64,000 nucleotides of DNA. Source: Mageeibacillus sp. UBA5438. GTDB lineage: Bacteria; Bacillota; Clostridia; Saccharofermentanales; DTU023. Location: assembly GCA_002427535.1 (NCBI GenBank), contig DIRK01000058.1:811-64810 (forward strand), written 5' to 3'. Shown one piece after another: positions 35,865 to 45,743 of this stretch (within the stretch, counting starts at the first letter, position 1; each line of letters opens with the position of its first letter). The notes below the pieces were generated by a model. The model saw only the letters and a program-made list of their open reading frames with translations. It searched no databases and was not told the DNA's origin. Position numbers and translations under genes: made by a program.

Positions 35865-38258
35865 TTATTCGCCGCTGTCCGAGTCCCCGGTGCCATTTTG
35901 AAAATAGACGGTCACCGTGTGTCCGCGTTTCACTTTCCCCTCGGCGCGCCTGTCTTCATCGCGCTCGCGCTCGGGCGAACCTGCGATATCCATCGCGGGA
36001 TCGTCGCTCACACGTACGCTCGGCAGAACAGACTGATTGATTGCCTGTCCGCTCACAAGCCCTTCAGGGATGATCGTGACGCCGTAAGCAGCAGCCAGCC
36101 AGACACACTCATGGTAATTGAGCCCAGAAAAGTCCGGCACGGCTACCCATTCTACTTCATTATGTCCCTCGGGGTAAAGCCATATGGTTGAGCCGACACC
36201 CACCCGGGTGCCGGGCGCAGGTTCCATACGTGCCAGGGGCCTGTCGGGATAAAAATAATCCTCTGAAAGCGAAGGCGCAAGATTCAGCTGGAGCAGCGCC
36301 ATGGCCGCCTCCCCGACCGTCAGGTCGGACATGTCAGGCAGTTCAACCGCATGTGAAAGCGTGTTAAGCTCCTGGTCTGAATAATGTTGTCGGCGGCCTT
36401 CAAGATTCATCAGGCGGGCGGCGACGCGATTGGCCGCGCGCGCGGCGGATGAACTCAACGTGATCCCTGTTTCCGGCTTATGAATTGAGACAAGTACCAC
36501 ATACTCCGGCTCATCTGTAGGGACGAGACCCACAAAGGAGAAGGTGCGGCGGCCGTCCGCGGCATCAATCGCCGTGCCCGTCTTGCCGCCCATGGTGAAC
36601 CCCATCGCGCCGAATGTCCCCGCGGCGGTTCCCCGCGTCACCACATCGGTCATCAGGCGGCGGACACGCGTGCAGGTCTCTTGTGAAAATATTTGTTTGG
36701 CTTCTTCTGTGGCAAAGACCTCCATGGACTCCAGCCCTGATTCGGTTGAAGCATAGCCGACCCGCGGTGTCACCTGATACCCCCCGTTGCCGATGGAGGC
36801 AAATAGGCTGGCCAACTGAATGGCGGTCAATGAGGATGACTCACCGAAGGTAAGGTTCGCAAAGTCAATAGGCATGGGATTTCGGTGAAGCAGGCCTGAG
36901 GCTTCCGCGGGCAGGTCGATCCCTGTTTTGCTGTAAAGACCCAATTTTTGGATCCAGTCGTAGTAAAGATTCTGTCCGATTCTTTCACCCAGGTGCACAA
37001 ATACGGGGTTACAGGACAGATAAAAAGCTTTTTCAAGGGTTTCGTCACCGTGGCCGACCACTGAATAACAGGAGATTTCCTCCCCCTGGATCGTCACAGG
37101 ATCGTCGTTGAAGACAGTCTGCTCCCAGGCCACGCCCTCTTCTAAAGCGATGGCGAGCGTCAATGCTTTAAAAACAGAGCCCGGCTCATAGACGTCCGTA
37201 ATGTTGACGTTATTCCAAAGGTTCGAAGAAAGATAAGCCGTCCGCTCTTCAAATTCCATCTCCTGCCAGAAATCCTCTGCCAGCCCCAACGGGATATCGG
37301 CCGGCGATTCAGCGTCGAAAGAAGGCACCTGCTCCATGGCAATGATATGGCCGGTTTTAACCTCCATAATAAGGCCGTGGACGCCCTTGATCAGGCCTGC
37401 CGCGGTGGCGACCGATAAAAGTTCTTCTTTAAGGATGGCCGACGCTTCCGTGTCAAGCGTGGAAATCAAGTGGCGGCCTTTAAGACCGGGATTTTCAATC
37501 GGCTCAGAATAAGGGATGACGCCCCGCGTCGCATAGTTGTTGCGCTTGGCGTACACCATGCCGGTTTCACCCGACAACAAGCTATTATAGGCAAATTCAA
37601 GCCCCGAGGTGGCCACAATTTGACCGTCCCGGATATTGATGAGTCCGAGCACAGACGATGCCAGGCCGTGATTGGAATACACCCGGCGCTCTTCGGCGTC
37701 AAAGCGGATGCCGCCGACGTTGTTGTCGCGGGTCCATGTCTGTAAAAGCGTGGCATCCGTCTCCTTGACCTCGGTCGCGATCACTCGGTAGGTTACCGCC
37801 TGATGCCCCGCGAACTGCTGACCGATCCCGTCCCAGCCCCGCACGCGGTCGGCGCGGATTAGCTCAAGTATAGTGGCCGATTCTTCTTTATCTAAATGGA
37901 GGCATTCGGCCATCTTGTCGACAATCACTTCATCCGTGATGTCTTTTTTATTCGAGTAAACGTCAACCGGCGTAATTCCCACACGGTATACAAAGGTGGA
38001 AAACACAAGCGGATAGCCATTGCGGTCCAAAATCATCCCTCGTTTGGGATGCTCCTTTAAGGTGACATATTGCTGCCCTGCTGCTTTCGCGGCAAGTACT
38101 TCGTGGTCAACGATCTGCAACTGATAAAAGCATTGAATGATGGCCACCGCGGCCAGCACAAAGACAAGGATTAAGGCGAGCATCTTCGCGTCAAAAATGT
38201 GACGTTTGCGTTTAACGTCATGTCTTCTTTTCGACATATCGTCAGGTCGAAGTTTCAT
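35865..38258 (-). CDS. class B penicillin-binding protein (FtsI/PBP2B/SpoVD type) with C-terminal PASTA domains
   Basis: N-terminal TM. Transpeptidase motifs SVFK, SCN, KTGTA. Two PASTA-like repeats at the C-terminus. Confidence 0.9.
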   Translation of the reverse strand: MKLRPDDMSKRRHDVKRKRHIFDAKMLALILVFVLAAVAIIQCFYQLQIVDHEVLAAKAAGQQYVTLKEHPKRGMILDRNGYPLVFSTFVYRVGITPVDVYSNKKDITDEVIVDKMAECLHLDKEESATILELIRADRVRGWDGIGQQFAGHQAVTYRVIATEVKETDATLLQTWTRDNNVGGIRFDAEERRVYSNHGLASSVLGLINIRDGQIVATSGLEFAYNSLLSGETGMVYAKRNNYATRGVIPYSEPIENPGLKGRHLISTLDTEASAILKEELLSVATAAGLIKGVHGLIMEVKTGHIIAMEQVPSFDAESPADIPLGLAEDFWQEMEFEERTAYLSSNLWNNVNITDVYEPGSVFKALTLAIALEEGVAWEQTVFNDDPVTIQGEEISCYSVVGHGDETLEKAFYLSCNPVFVHLGERIGQNLYYDWIQKLGLYSKTGIDLPAEASGLLHRNPMPIDFANLTFGESSSLTAIQLASLFASIGNGGYQVTPRVGYASTESGLESMEVFATEEAKQIFSQETCTRVRRLMTDVVTRGTAAGTFGAMGFTMGGKTGTAIDAADGRRTFSFVGLVPTDEPEYVVLVSIHKPETGITLSSSAARAANRVAARLMNLEGRRQHYSDQELNTLSHAVELPDMSDLTVGEAAMALLQLNLAPSLSEDYFYPDRPLARMEPAPGTRVGVGSTIWLYPEGHNEVEWVAVPDFSGLNYHECVWLAAAYGVTIIPEGLVSGQAINQSVLPSVRVSDDPAMDIAGSPERERDEDRRAEGKVKRGHTVTVYFQNGTGDSDSGE

Positions 38259-38267
38259 CGCACTGCC

Positions 38268-38804
38268 TCAGCGGCCTATGACCCAGGCCTCGATTAAGTC
38301 CATGCACGCGTCATCATCCGCCGTAAGAAGGGGGTTGTTTTCATAGACCATGAAATGAGCCGACGACACGCGGATCACTTGCTCGGAGGCCACCTTTTGC
38401 ATCCCTAACAGGTCGACTGCTTGTTCTCTTACCATCTGAAGCGAGGCTTTGCCCGAGACGCGGTCCTGCATCTGAGAGTTTTGTTTTTCAAACTCATTGA
38501 TCTGTCGCTGAAGTCCCGCGTTTGAGAAACTGATCTCAGTAATGCGGGCGTTGCGCCACACGATGAAGCCGGACAACGCGGAAATCATTAAAATGACAAA
38601 GACGAGACGAAATGCCAGACCCGTGTGGACACGGCCGGCCGCTTTGTATTCTTTTCGGGCCGCCTCTTCTCGTTTTAGCTGTTCTCTTTTTTCGTGCTTT
38701 TTGGCTTCCCTTTCAGCGGGTGATTCAACACGCCGCTTAGGAATGGCATAGGGCACGCCGTAGTCGAGCGGGCGGGCCAAGTTTCCGTCTTCGTAGTAAC
38801 TCAT
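38268..38804 (-). CDS. ftsL: FtsL-like cell division protein
   Basis: Charged N-terminus, single TM, coiled-coil (LQRQINEFEKQNSQMQDRV). Position between rsmH and the PBP. Confidence 0.65.
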   Translation of the reverse strand: MSYYEDGNLARPLDYGVPYAIPKRRVESPAEREAKKHEKREQLKREEAARKEYKAAGRVHTGLAFRLVFVILMISALSGFIVWRNARITEISFSNAGLQRQINEFEKQNSQMQDRVSGKASLQMVREQAVDLLGMQKVASEQVIRVSSAHFMVYENNPLLTADDDACMDLIEAWVIGR

Positions 38805-39763
38805 TGTGCACCTCCCAGGAATTCGAACGCGCGCATCTTTGCGCTTCTTGACCTCGGATTGTCATCCAGTTCATCCTCTGTCGCTAAGAGAGGTTTCGTC
38901 GTCAGCTGATTGCCAAGCGGTGTTTTGCCGCAGGTGCAGACAGGAAAATCGGGCGGGCATTCGCAAGGAGACTGCCATCGCCTCATCGCCTGTTTGACCA
39001 TGCGATCTTCGAGCGAATGAAAGCTAATTAAGACGACCCGTCCTCTTGGCTTCATGATCTCCGGTATTTCGTGTAATAAATGCGCCAACTCCTGCTGCTC
39101 ACGATTCACGGCCATGCGTAACGCCTGAAAGGTTTGACGCGCGGGATTCCCAAGACGCCTCACCTTTGAGGGCACCGCGTGGGCCACCACGGATGTCAAC
39201 TCAGTGGTCCTCGTGATCGGGCTTAATTCCCGACGTCTCACGATCGCGCGGGCAATGGAGGTGGCATAGCGCTCTTCGCCGTAAAGGCGCAAAAGCGCGA
39301 TAAGTTCTTCTTCACTGATGTCCGCCAATAACTCGGCGGCGGTCATGCCCTTGTCCTGATTCATCCGCATATCAAGCGGGCCATCCTTCAAATAGGAAAA
39401 ACCGCGTTCGTCGCGGTCGAGCTGGTGTGAGCTTACGCCAAGGTCCGCTAGAAGGCCGTCAAGCCTCCGATCCTCCTCTTCGAGGCAGCTTGGGAATTCA
39501 GAAAAACTCGCGTGTATGAGCTGGTAAGAAGCCTCTGTTTCGACCTGAGAAAGACGTTTGTCAGAAGCTTCCAAAGCCTCGCGGTCGCGATCGAGCGCGA
39601 TCAATTTTCCGCCGCAGCCGAGCTTTTCGAGAATGGCGGCGCTGTGCCCGCCCCCGCCGGCGGTCATGTCAACATAGAGGCCGTCCGCTTTCACGCGAAG
39701 CGCCTCGATCACCTCTCTTAAGAGGACCGGCGTATGCCACGCGTTATAATCCGCGGATGTCAT
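38801..39763 (-). CDS. rsmH: 16S rRNA (cytosine1402-N4)-methyltransferase RsmH
   Basis: HTPVLLREV, DMTAGGGGHS, DLGVSSHQLD motifs. Likely start MTSADYNAWH at 39763; the listed 39817 overlaps mraZ more deeply. Confidence 0.9.
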   Translation of the reverse strand: MTSADYNAWHTPVLLREVIEALRVKADGLYVDMTAGGGGHSAAILEKLGCGGKLIALDRDREALEASDKRLSQVETEASYQLIHASFSEFPSCLEEEDRRLDGLLADLGVSSHQLDRDERGFSYLKDGPLDMRMNQDKGMTAAELLADISEEELIALLRLYGEERYATSIARAIVRRRELSPITRTTELTSVVAHAVPSKVRRLGNPARQTFQALRMAVNREQQELAHLLHEIPEIMKPRGRVVLISFHSLEDRMVKQAMRRWQSPCECPPDFPVCTCGKTPLGNQLTTKPLLATEDELDDNPRSRSAKMRAFEFLGGAQ

Positions 39764-40178
39764 AGCCTGAAAGATCCATGTCGGAGAGCGTGCCCTCTTT
39801 TTCCTGACTTTCGTCAAAGAAGGCCTGCGAGCAGATTTCTATTTTGTCAAACACATCGATGAAGCAGATGGCTTCTCCCGGTTCCACATTGATGTGCTCC
39901 CAAAGAAAAGCAGGCAGAGACATACGTCCCTGTCCGTCAAATTCACACAGGGTGGAAGAACCGAGAACGTCTCGTTTCAGTTTCCTGATTTCATAACCTG
40001 TACTGGAATGATTGAGGATTTGTTCCTTGATTGACTCAAATTGTTCGGGGGTGTAGGCAGCCAAATAACCTTCGTCCATTCCCAACGTCACCATGAGTGC
40101 GCCGTCGAGTTTTTCGCGAAGTTTCGCAGGTACAATAACGCGCCCTTTTGTGTCGACCGTATGGGTATATCTGGCCAC
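39744..40178 (-). CDS. mraZ: transcriptional regulator MraZ
   Basis: Two SpoVT/AbrB-like repeats (DTKGRVIVPAKLR and DGQGRMSLPAFL). GTG start with AGGAGGAA 7 nt upstream. Confidence 0.9.
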   Translation of the reverse strand: MARYTHTVDTKGRVIVPAKLREKLDGALMVTLGMDEGYLAAYTPEQFESIKEQILNHSSTGYEIRKLKRDVLGSSTLCEFDGQGRMSLPAFLWEHINVEPGEAICFIDVFDKIEICSQAFFDESQEKEGTLSDMDLSGYDIRGL

Positions 40179-40204
40179 AACTCCATTCCTCCTACTTTGG
40201 AAGT

Positions 40205-40260
40205 TATTCTACCACAATTCCCCACAATAATGTCAACAACAACCACAATTCACCACCATT
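40205..40260 (-). promoter_or_regulatory. dcw promoter region with phased GTGG-containing direct repeats (candidate MraZ boxes)
   Basis: Minus strand reads ..TGGTGGTGAATTGTGGttgttgTTGACAttATTGTGGGGAATTGTGGTAGAAT... (A)ATTGTGG boxes lie at complement 40212-40219, 40221-40228 and 40243-40250, flanking a TTGACA (complement 40231-40236) and a TAGAAT-like -10. Confidence 0.5.
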
Positions 40261-40267
40261 TATACCC

Positions 40268-40297
40268 AAAACAACAAAAAACCGGAAAAGTCCGGCC
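40268..40297 (-). terminator. rho-independent terminator downstream of rodA
   Basis: Minus strand: GGCCGGACTTTTCCGGTTTTTTGTTGTTTT. Stem CCGG/CCGG (40282-40295) followed by a U-run. Confidence 0.55.
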
Positions 40298-40329
40298 TAA
40301 AAAAGTATTTTTAATAAATACTTTACCTG

Positions 40330-41496
40330 TTAACTCGTCGAATACGCGTTATGGTTCAAAGAATAGTTCAGCAGGACGCCGAGTAACAGAAAATTGGAGA
40401 TCATGGCGGAGCCCCCGTAGCTGATAAATGGGAGCGGAATACCTGTAATGGGCAAAAGCCCCACCGTCATCCCGATATTCTCAATAAAGTGAAAAGCAAT
40501 GCTCGCGATCAGCGCCACCATAATAAAAGACTCCTCGGGCGCGCGGTCAAAGACCTTACTTGAGACGCGGAAGGCATGGATGATGAAATAAATGGCCAAA
40601 AAGATGACAAGTGTCGTCCCGATGAGGCCGAATTGTTCTGAAATGGCAGGATAGATAAAATCCGATTCTTTGACCGGCACACTGACATGGGCCCCCGTCC
40701 GATCGCCGAAAAGCCCCCCTGAAGCCACCGCCGCCAGCGACTGGTCGATATGGTAGGAGGCCGTCTTATCGTAGCCGCGAAAAAGAAAGGTCATGACCCG
40801 CTCTTTTTGAGCGGGGTTTAGGACAAACTGCCAGGCAAGCGGGAGTATGACGAACACCGAACCCGCAACGGATAAGATAATCGTGCGCCAGCGCACGCCC
40901 CAAACAAAGACCGTGCACAAAAACATGAAGACTAAAACGAGGCTCGTGCCCATATCAGGCTCCGTGATGATAAAAAGAAAGGGAATGCCGTAGTAAACAG
41001 CCAGGCGGGCAAAACCCCGCATCGCGGATATTTCGCCCCTCGACATGGCGGCAAAAACAGGGCCCGCGATCATGGCGACGCCGATTTTTGACAGCTCCGA
41101 GGGTTGGAATGAACCAAAGAGCGGGATCCTGATCCAGCTGTCCGCGCCCGCGACAGGTCGATAGCCGTCGACCTTCACGACAAGGAGCAAAATGATGCTT
41201 GTGATGTAGATGATCCCCCCGATCAGGCGCATCGTCGGGGGCTCGAACAGACAGAGGGTGAAGGCCGCGACCAGTCCGATCAGGACCGCCGCGATCTGCT
41301 TGTAGAAGTTCATCGGGTAATCGAAGATAACAGCGCCGTAGCCCTTGGCCAACACGGTATTCAGGACCGCCAGCCCGATGATGACAAGTGCCAGCACGGG
41401 AACGAGCATCCGGTAGTCAAGCAATTGGAAGAATCGATCCGCGCGGGATTGCCGCAAGGGATCTGATCGCCTCATTGAACCGTCTTGCCAGTTCAT
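40330..41496 (-). CDS. rodA: SEDS family protein RodA/FtsW
   Basis: Polytopic protein with ..FQPSELSKI.. and ..SYGGSAMISNF.. motifs. Second SEDS paralog in the window, outside the mur genes. Confidence 0.8.
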   Translation of the reverse strand: MNWQDGSMRRSDPLRQSRADRFFQLLDYRMLVPVLALVIIGLAVLNTVLAKGYGAVIFDYPMNFYKQIAAVLIGLVAAFTLCLFEPPTMRLIGGIIYITSIILLLVVKVDGYRPVAGADSWIRIPLFGSFQPSELSKIGVAMIAGPVFAAMSRGEISAMRGFARLAVYYGIPFLFIITEPDMGTSLVLVFMFLCTVFVWGVRWRTIILSVAGSVFVILPLAWQFVLNPAQKERVMTFLFRGYDKTASYHIDQSLAAVASGGLFGDRTGAHVSVPVKESDFIYPAISEQFGLIGTTLVIFLAIYFIIHAFRVSSKVFDRAPEESFIMVALIASIAFHFIENIGMTVGLLPITGIPLPFISYGGSAMISNFLLLGVLLNYSLNHNAYSTS

Positions 41497-42452
41497 TCGT
41501 CCAAATCGTCCGAAACAGACGCGACTTCCACAATCGTGTCGGGCGCCGCAAGTTCTGCCATCAGGGCTTTTCGCTTGTGATCCATCCCTCGGATGACCAG
41601 GTAGACGATGACGGATCCGACCACCATCACAGCTGACAACAGCTGCGAGATACGTATGCTCTGTCCGAAAGCGTCAAACATAAGCGAGTCTGTGCGGATG
41701 CCCTCGACAAAGAATCGGACGATGCCGTATAAGAAGAAATACGTCAACACGGATGACCAGGGACGTTTTTGATGCTTATGGACAAAAAGCAAGATGACGA
41801 AAATCATCATGTTCGCTAAAAATTCGTACAGGAAAGTCGGATGAACAGGAAGGTTCGGGTCAAGGCCCGGCAAGGGACTTGCCGGATTTGCGTTGAGCGC
41901 CTGCAGACCCTGCCTCGTCCCTTCGCTGATCATGCCCCAGGGAAGTTGGGTATTGGTGCCGAAGGCCTCCTGGTTAAAGAAATTACCCCAGCGACCGATC
42001 CCCTGCCCTAGGGGGACAAGGACGGCGAAAAAATCGAGGACTCGGTGGAGTTTTACGCGTTTAATGCGGGCCGCGATGGTGATCGCGAGCATGCCGCCTA
42101 TGACGCCTCCGTAAAAGGCTAGGCCGCCTTTTCGAAAATCAAAGATCGCGGCCAAAGATCCGCGGAACTGATCCCATTCAAAGGCCACGTAGTAGATGCG
42201 GGATCCCACCAAAATAAAGGGGATCATCCAAAGAAAGTAATCGAGGACGTCATCTTTTATAAAATCGTAGCGAGACGCGCGCATCATGGCCACGGCAATG
42301 CACAACAACATGGCAAAGGTAAAAATAAGGCCATACCAATAGACCGTCAACGGCCGCCCGAATAAATTGAATTCGAAGGCGACGCGTTCGATTGAAAGAT
42401 TCTCAATTCCGAGTCCCGGAAAAGAGACCAAATAATTTAAAAAGGTGAACAT
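41493..42452 (-). CDS. lgt: prolipoprotein diacylglyceryl transferase
   Basis: YGLIFTFAM.., GGLAFYGGVIGG, GQGIGRWGNFFNQEAFG motifs. Confidence 0.9.
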   Translation of the reverse strand: MFTFLNYLVSFPGLGIENLSIERVAFEFNLFGRPLTVYWYGLIFTFAMLLCIAVAMMRASRYDFIKDDVLDYFLWMIPFILVGSRIYYVAFEWDQFRGSLAAIFDFRKGGLAFYGGVIGGMLAITIAARIKRVKLHRVLDFFAVLVPLGQGIGRWGNFFNQEAFGTNTQLPWGMISEGTRQGLQALNANPASPLPGLDPNLPVHPTFLYEFLANMMIFVILLFVHKHQKRPWSSVLTYFFLYGIVRFFVEGIRTDSLMFDAFGQSIRISQLLSAVMVVGSVIVYLVIRGMDHKRKALMAELAAPDTIVEVASVSDDLDE

Positions 42453-42482
42453 TCCTCTACCTCCGCGAACAAGGCTATTTTA

Positions 42483-43421
42483 TCATATGGCGTGAAGCGC
42501 CCTGACAGTCCGAAGATCCTCGTCGATTTTGTCTTTCAGTTCGGCGACGGTGCCAAAGTCCAATTCATCGCGGACAAAAGACAAGAACTCAACGCTCATG
42601 GTCTCGCCGTACAGGTTGCCGGAAAAGTCATAAAGATAAGATTCCACAAGCAACTCACGCAGATCGCGGTGAACCGAGGGCGCGACGCCCACGCTAGTCA
42701 CCGCGGGGTAACTTTGATCTCCCACTCGAACCCGCGTCTGATACACACCGCGCCTTACAAGCGTGGAGGTCTTCGGATAGCGAATATTGGCGGTCGGAAA
42801 TCCGAGCGTTGTCCCGAGCTTCTGCCCGCTGATCACGGTGCCGGTGAGGCAAAAGGGACGCGTCATCATGGCGGTCGCGTCTTCGATATTGCCGGCCCAC
42901 AAGGCTTCGCGTATCCGGGTGCTTGAGACTTTTTCCTCTTGCCAGTACACATCCCCCATGATCATGGCCTGCAAGGGTTGTCCCTTACTGTATTCAAGCA
43001 GGAATTGGACGTCCCCTTCACCTTTGTAGCCAAAGCGTCCGTCCTCCCCGATCGCGAGTATTTTCCCTCCCAAATCTTTCCGTATGACGCGGTCAAGAAA
43101 TTCAAAGGGACGAAGGTGGGTGAATTCGTCGTTGACGGCGATAATGAAGATATCCTCCACCCCCAATTGGGCCAATGCGCCAATCTTCTCTTCCTCAGTC
43201 ATGAGAAAATCGTGCTCAATAGGCCTTCGGTTGAACCCGAGGCCCTCCGGATAAGAAAAAGTAAACACGGAGGGGCGCAAGGCCTTTTTGTCGCATTCCC
43301 AAAGCAGTGTCTTAATGAGTTCACGATGTCCGATGTGAACGCCGTCAAAGGCGCCGAGCGCGATCGCGCGATCGGCCTTTTCGACCCCATCAAGATTTCG
43401 AATGACGTTTGGCATTACCAT
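42483..43421 (-). CDS. ribF: bifunctional riboflavin kinase/FMN adenylyltransferase
   Basis: ALGAFDGVHIGH in the N-terminal FAD synthetase domain. GFPTANI in the riboflavin kinase domain. Confidence 0.92.
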   Translation of the reverse strand: MVMPNVIRNLDGVEKADRAIALGAFDGVHIGHRELIKTLLWECDKKALRPSVFTFSYPEGLGFNRRPIEHDFLMTEEEKIGALAQLGVEDIFIIAVNDEFTHLRPFEFLDRVIRKDLGGKILAIGEDGRFGYKGEGDVQFLLEYSKGQPLQAMIMGDVYWQEEKVSSTRIREALWAGNIEDATAMMTRPFCLTGTVISGQKLGTTLGFPTANIRYPKTSTLVRRGVYQTRVRVGDQSYPAVTSVGVAPSVHRDLRELLVESYLYDFSGNLYGETMSVEFLSFVRDELDFGTVAELKDKIDEDLRTVRALHAI

Positions 43422-44354
43422 TCACCTCCTCATGGATTCGGCTGACACAAACACACGTTTTGTCCGGCAGAGGCCTCCGCTGATTTCCCCGATCGCGATG
43501 AGCCTTCCTTTGTGTATGAACGCGACCTCCGGTGAATCAACACACTCACAGGAGAAGGACTGGCCGTTTGACAGGCGTACAGCTTCTTCTTCTGTGAGCG
43601 GGTATTGATCCCAATGGGTAAAAACATCCGCTACGGGTATCACCCAATCATGCGCATCCAAAGTGTCAATCTTTGATTCCAGTTCATCTAATGTCAGTGC
43701 TTTCTGAAGATCGAAATGGCCCACCGAAAGGCGTCTTAAGGCGGCCGCATGCGCGCCGCAACCTAGTCTTTGGCCGAGAAGATCCGCTAAGGACCGTATG
43801 TAAGTTCCGGCACTGACCATGAGTTCGACGGATACTATCGGATAGCCTTGTTCATCTTCCCATAGATTTTTGAAGACGGATTCATACACCCGGATGGACC
43901 GCATCGGGCGTTCAATCTCAATGCCTTGGCGCGCGTATTCGTATAGGGGTTTACCGCGGTGTTTTATGGCGGAATACATCGGAGGCCGCTGTTCTTTTTC
44001 CTCGACCAAGCGTTCAACCTCTTGGCGAATCCGCGATTCATCTTCCAGCCACTTTCGACATTCACCCACATCCGCGATGGGCAAAATGGCCTCACCCTCA
44101 ATATCCATGGTAGTGGTGGCATAGCCCAAACGAATGCCCACATGATAGCGTTTGTCCCAATGCAGCATATAGGCGGAGGCTCGTGTGGCCCGGCCAAAAC
44201 AGATGGGCAATACGCCCGTCGCGAAAGGGTCAAGTGTCCCTGTGTGACCGACGCGTTTCATCTTTAAAAGGCGCCTGATCCGCGAGACGACTCCCGCCGA
44301 TGTCATCCCCGCCTGTTTGTCAATGATGAGGATTCCGCCGTCCGGATCGTTCAT
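43422..44354 (-). CDS. truB: tRNA pseudouridine(55) synthase
   Basis: GHTGTLDPFATGVLP catalytic Asp motif. PUA-like C-terminus. Confidence 0.92.
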   Translation of the reverse strand: MNDPDGGILIIDKQAGMTSAGVVSRIRRLLKMKRVGHTGTLDPFATGVLPICFGRATRASAYMLHWDKRYHVGIRLGYATTTMDIEGEAILPIADVGECRKWLEDESRIRQEVERLVEEKEQRPPMYSAIKHRGKPLYEYARQGIEIERPMRSIRVYESVFKNLWEDEQGYPIVSVELMVSAGTYIRSLADLLGQRLGCGAHAAALRRLSVGHFDLQKALTLDELESKIDTLDAHDWVIPVADVFTHWDQYPLTEEEAVRLSNGQSFSCECVDSPEVAFIHKGRLIAIGEISGGLCRTKRVFVSAESMRR

Positions 44355-45391
44355 TCATGATCGCTTTCTTTTGAACAAATGTTGAGCCAATGCTCCGCTT
44401 CAACGGCAATTTTCTCCTTGGCCTCATCGATACTTAAGCCTTGCAGGGTCATGCCGGCGGCTTTCACATGGCCTCCGCCATTGAATTGGCGGGCAAAGGC
44501 TTGAGAATCAAAACAGCTGTTGGAACGGATGCTGACGCGGATATCTCCGTTTTCTGATTCAATGAGTAAAAAAACCGCCGCCGCGTCGTCGGCCGCTCGT
44601 ATTTCAGACGCGAGATTCGACAGTTCGTCGTCGGGCGCCTCTCTTTTCTCGAGCATCGCACGGCTCACGTGGGCCAAGAGAATACGCCCATCGGCCACCG
44701 AGGAAATCGTTGAGAAGATATCGCCTTTGATCTGCAGACGGTTGACCGTCGTGCGTTCGTAAAGATTATGGTGAAGGGCCGCTAAATCGACGCGGAAGCG
44801 CTCCAGCAAAGAAGCGGCTTGTCGCAGGCAAAGCGGCGTGGTGTTGCTGTAGGAGTAGCGCCCTGTGTCCGTGATGGTCCCGGCCAAAAGCAAGACGGCC
44901 ATAGTCTCATCGAACAGGGGCCGGCTTAACTGCAATTCAAGTTCCCAGATAAGGCTGAATACGAGCTCACAGGAGGATGAGGCTGATACATCGATGAGGT
45001 CGAGCATGTCCGGTTCGCCTTCATACACATGGTGATCGACGGCGCCACGAAGGGGGCTGTTTAAATAACACGCGCCTCGTTCACCCATGCGATCGGCGTC
45101 ATAGCAGTCAATGGCAATCGCAAGATCCAATGCAGGGCAGTCTTCCATGCCCTCATAAATGATGATTTCTTCTAAACCCGGCAGGTGAGAAAGTGAGTCG
45201 GGCACGGCCTCATCGACCAGGACCGATGTCTCACAGCCCAGCGCGCGTAGCGCGCGGGAGAATGACACCGCCGCTCCGATCGCGTCCGCGTCAAATCGCT
45301 CGTGCGGGAACAGTCCGACGCGGCCGCCGATGGCGGCCAGGTCGATGGCAATCTCAAGCAGTCGGTTCCCCGCTTCCTGAATCGCTTTCAT
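44351..45391 (-). CDS. nrnA: DHH/DHHA1 phosphoesterase NrnA-like
   Basis: DADAIGAA, DHH (AVDHHV), GGGHVKAAG motifs. Start uncertain: ATG 45391 (MKAIQEAG) or the upstream ATG 45475. Both overlap rbfA. Confidence 0.8.
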   Translation of the reverse strand: MKAIQEAGNRLLEIAIDLAAIGGRVGLFPHERFDADAIGAAVSFSRALRALGCETSVLVDEAVPDSLSHLPGLEEIIIYEGMEDCPALDLAIAIDCYDADRMGERGACYLNSPLRGAVDHHVYEGEPDMLDLIDVSASSSCELVFSLIWELELQLSRPLFDETMAVLLLAGTITDTGRYSYSNTTPLCLRQAASLLERFRVDLAALHHNLYERTTVNRLQIKGDIFSTISSVADGRILLAHVSRAMLEKREAPDDELSNLASEIRAADDAAAVFLLIESENGDIRVSIRSNSCFDSQAFARQFNGGGHVKAAGMTLQGLSIDEAKEKIAVEAEHWLNICSKESDHE

Positions 45392-45743
45392 GACCCACCT
45401 CCTGTTCTTTGATACGGCGCAGCAGTTGGTCGATGGCTTCTCCCTCACGAAAACTCTTGTCTTCGATGAAAACAAGGCGTGGGACTTTGCGCGAGCGAAG
45501 CCTTGATGCGAGCTCCGTTCTCAGATAGCCCTTCGCCTTTTCAAAGGCTGCCTTGGCGTCCTTTTGTGCTTCTTCGTCACCGTAAACGCTGTAATAGACA
45601 CGCGCGTTCGACAAGTCTCTTGACAGGTCGACACCCGTAATCGACACGCTTTCATTAATTCTGGGATCGTTCAGTTTGCGCTGAACGAGTTCGGCTAAGA
45701 TTCGCCGGATTTCATCCCCCATCCGATCCGATCTGTTACGCAT
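45354..45743 (-). CDS. rbfA: ribosome-binding factor A
   Basis: 129 aa with [37 protein letters not shown]. Position after infB. Confidence 0.9.
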   Translation of the reverse strand: MRNRSDRMGDEIRRILAELVQRKLNDPRINESVSITGVDLSRDLSNARVYYSVYGDEEAQKDAKAAFEKAKGYLRTELASRLRSRKVPRLVFIEDKSFREGEAIDQLLRRIKEQEVGHESDSGSGEPTA

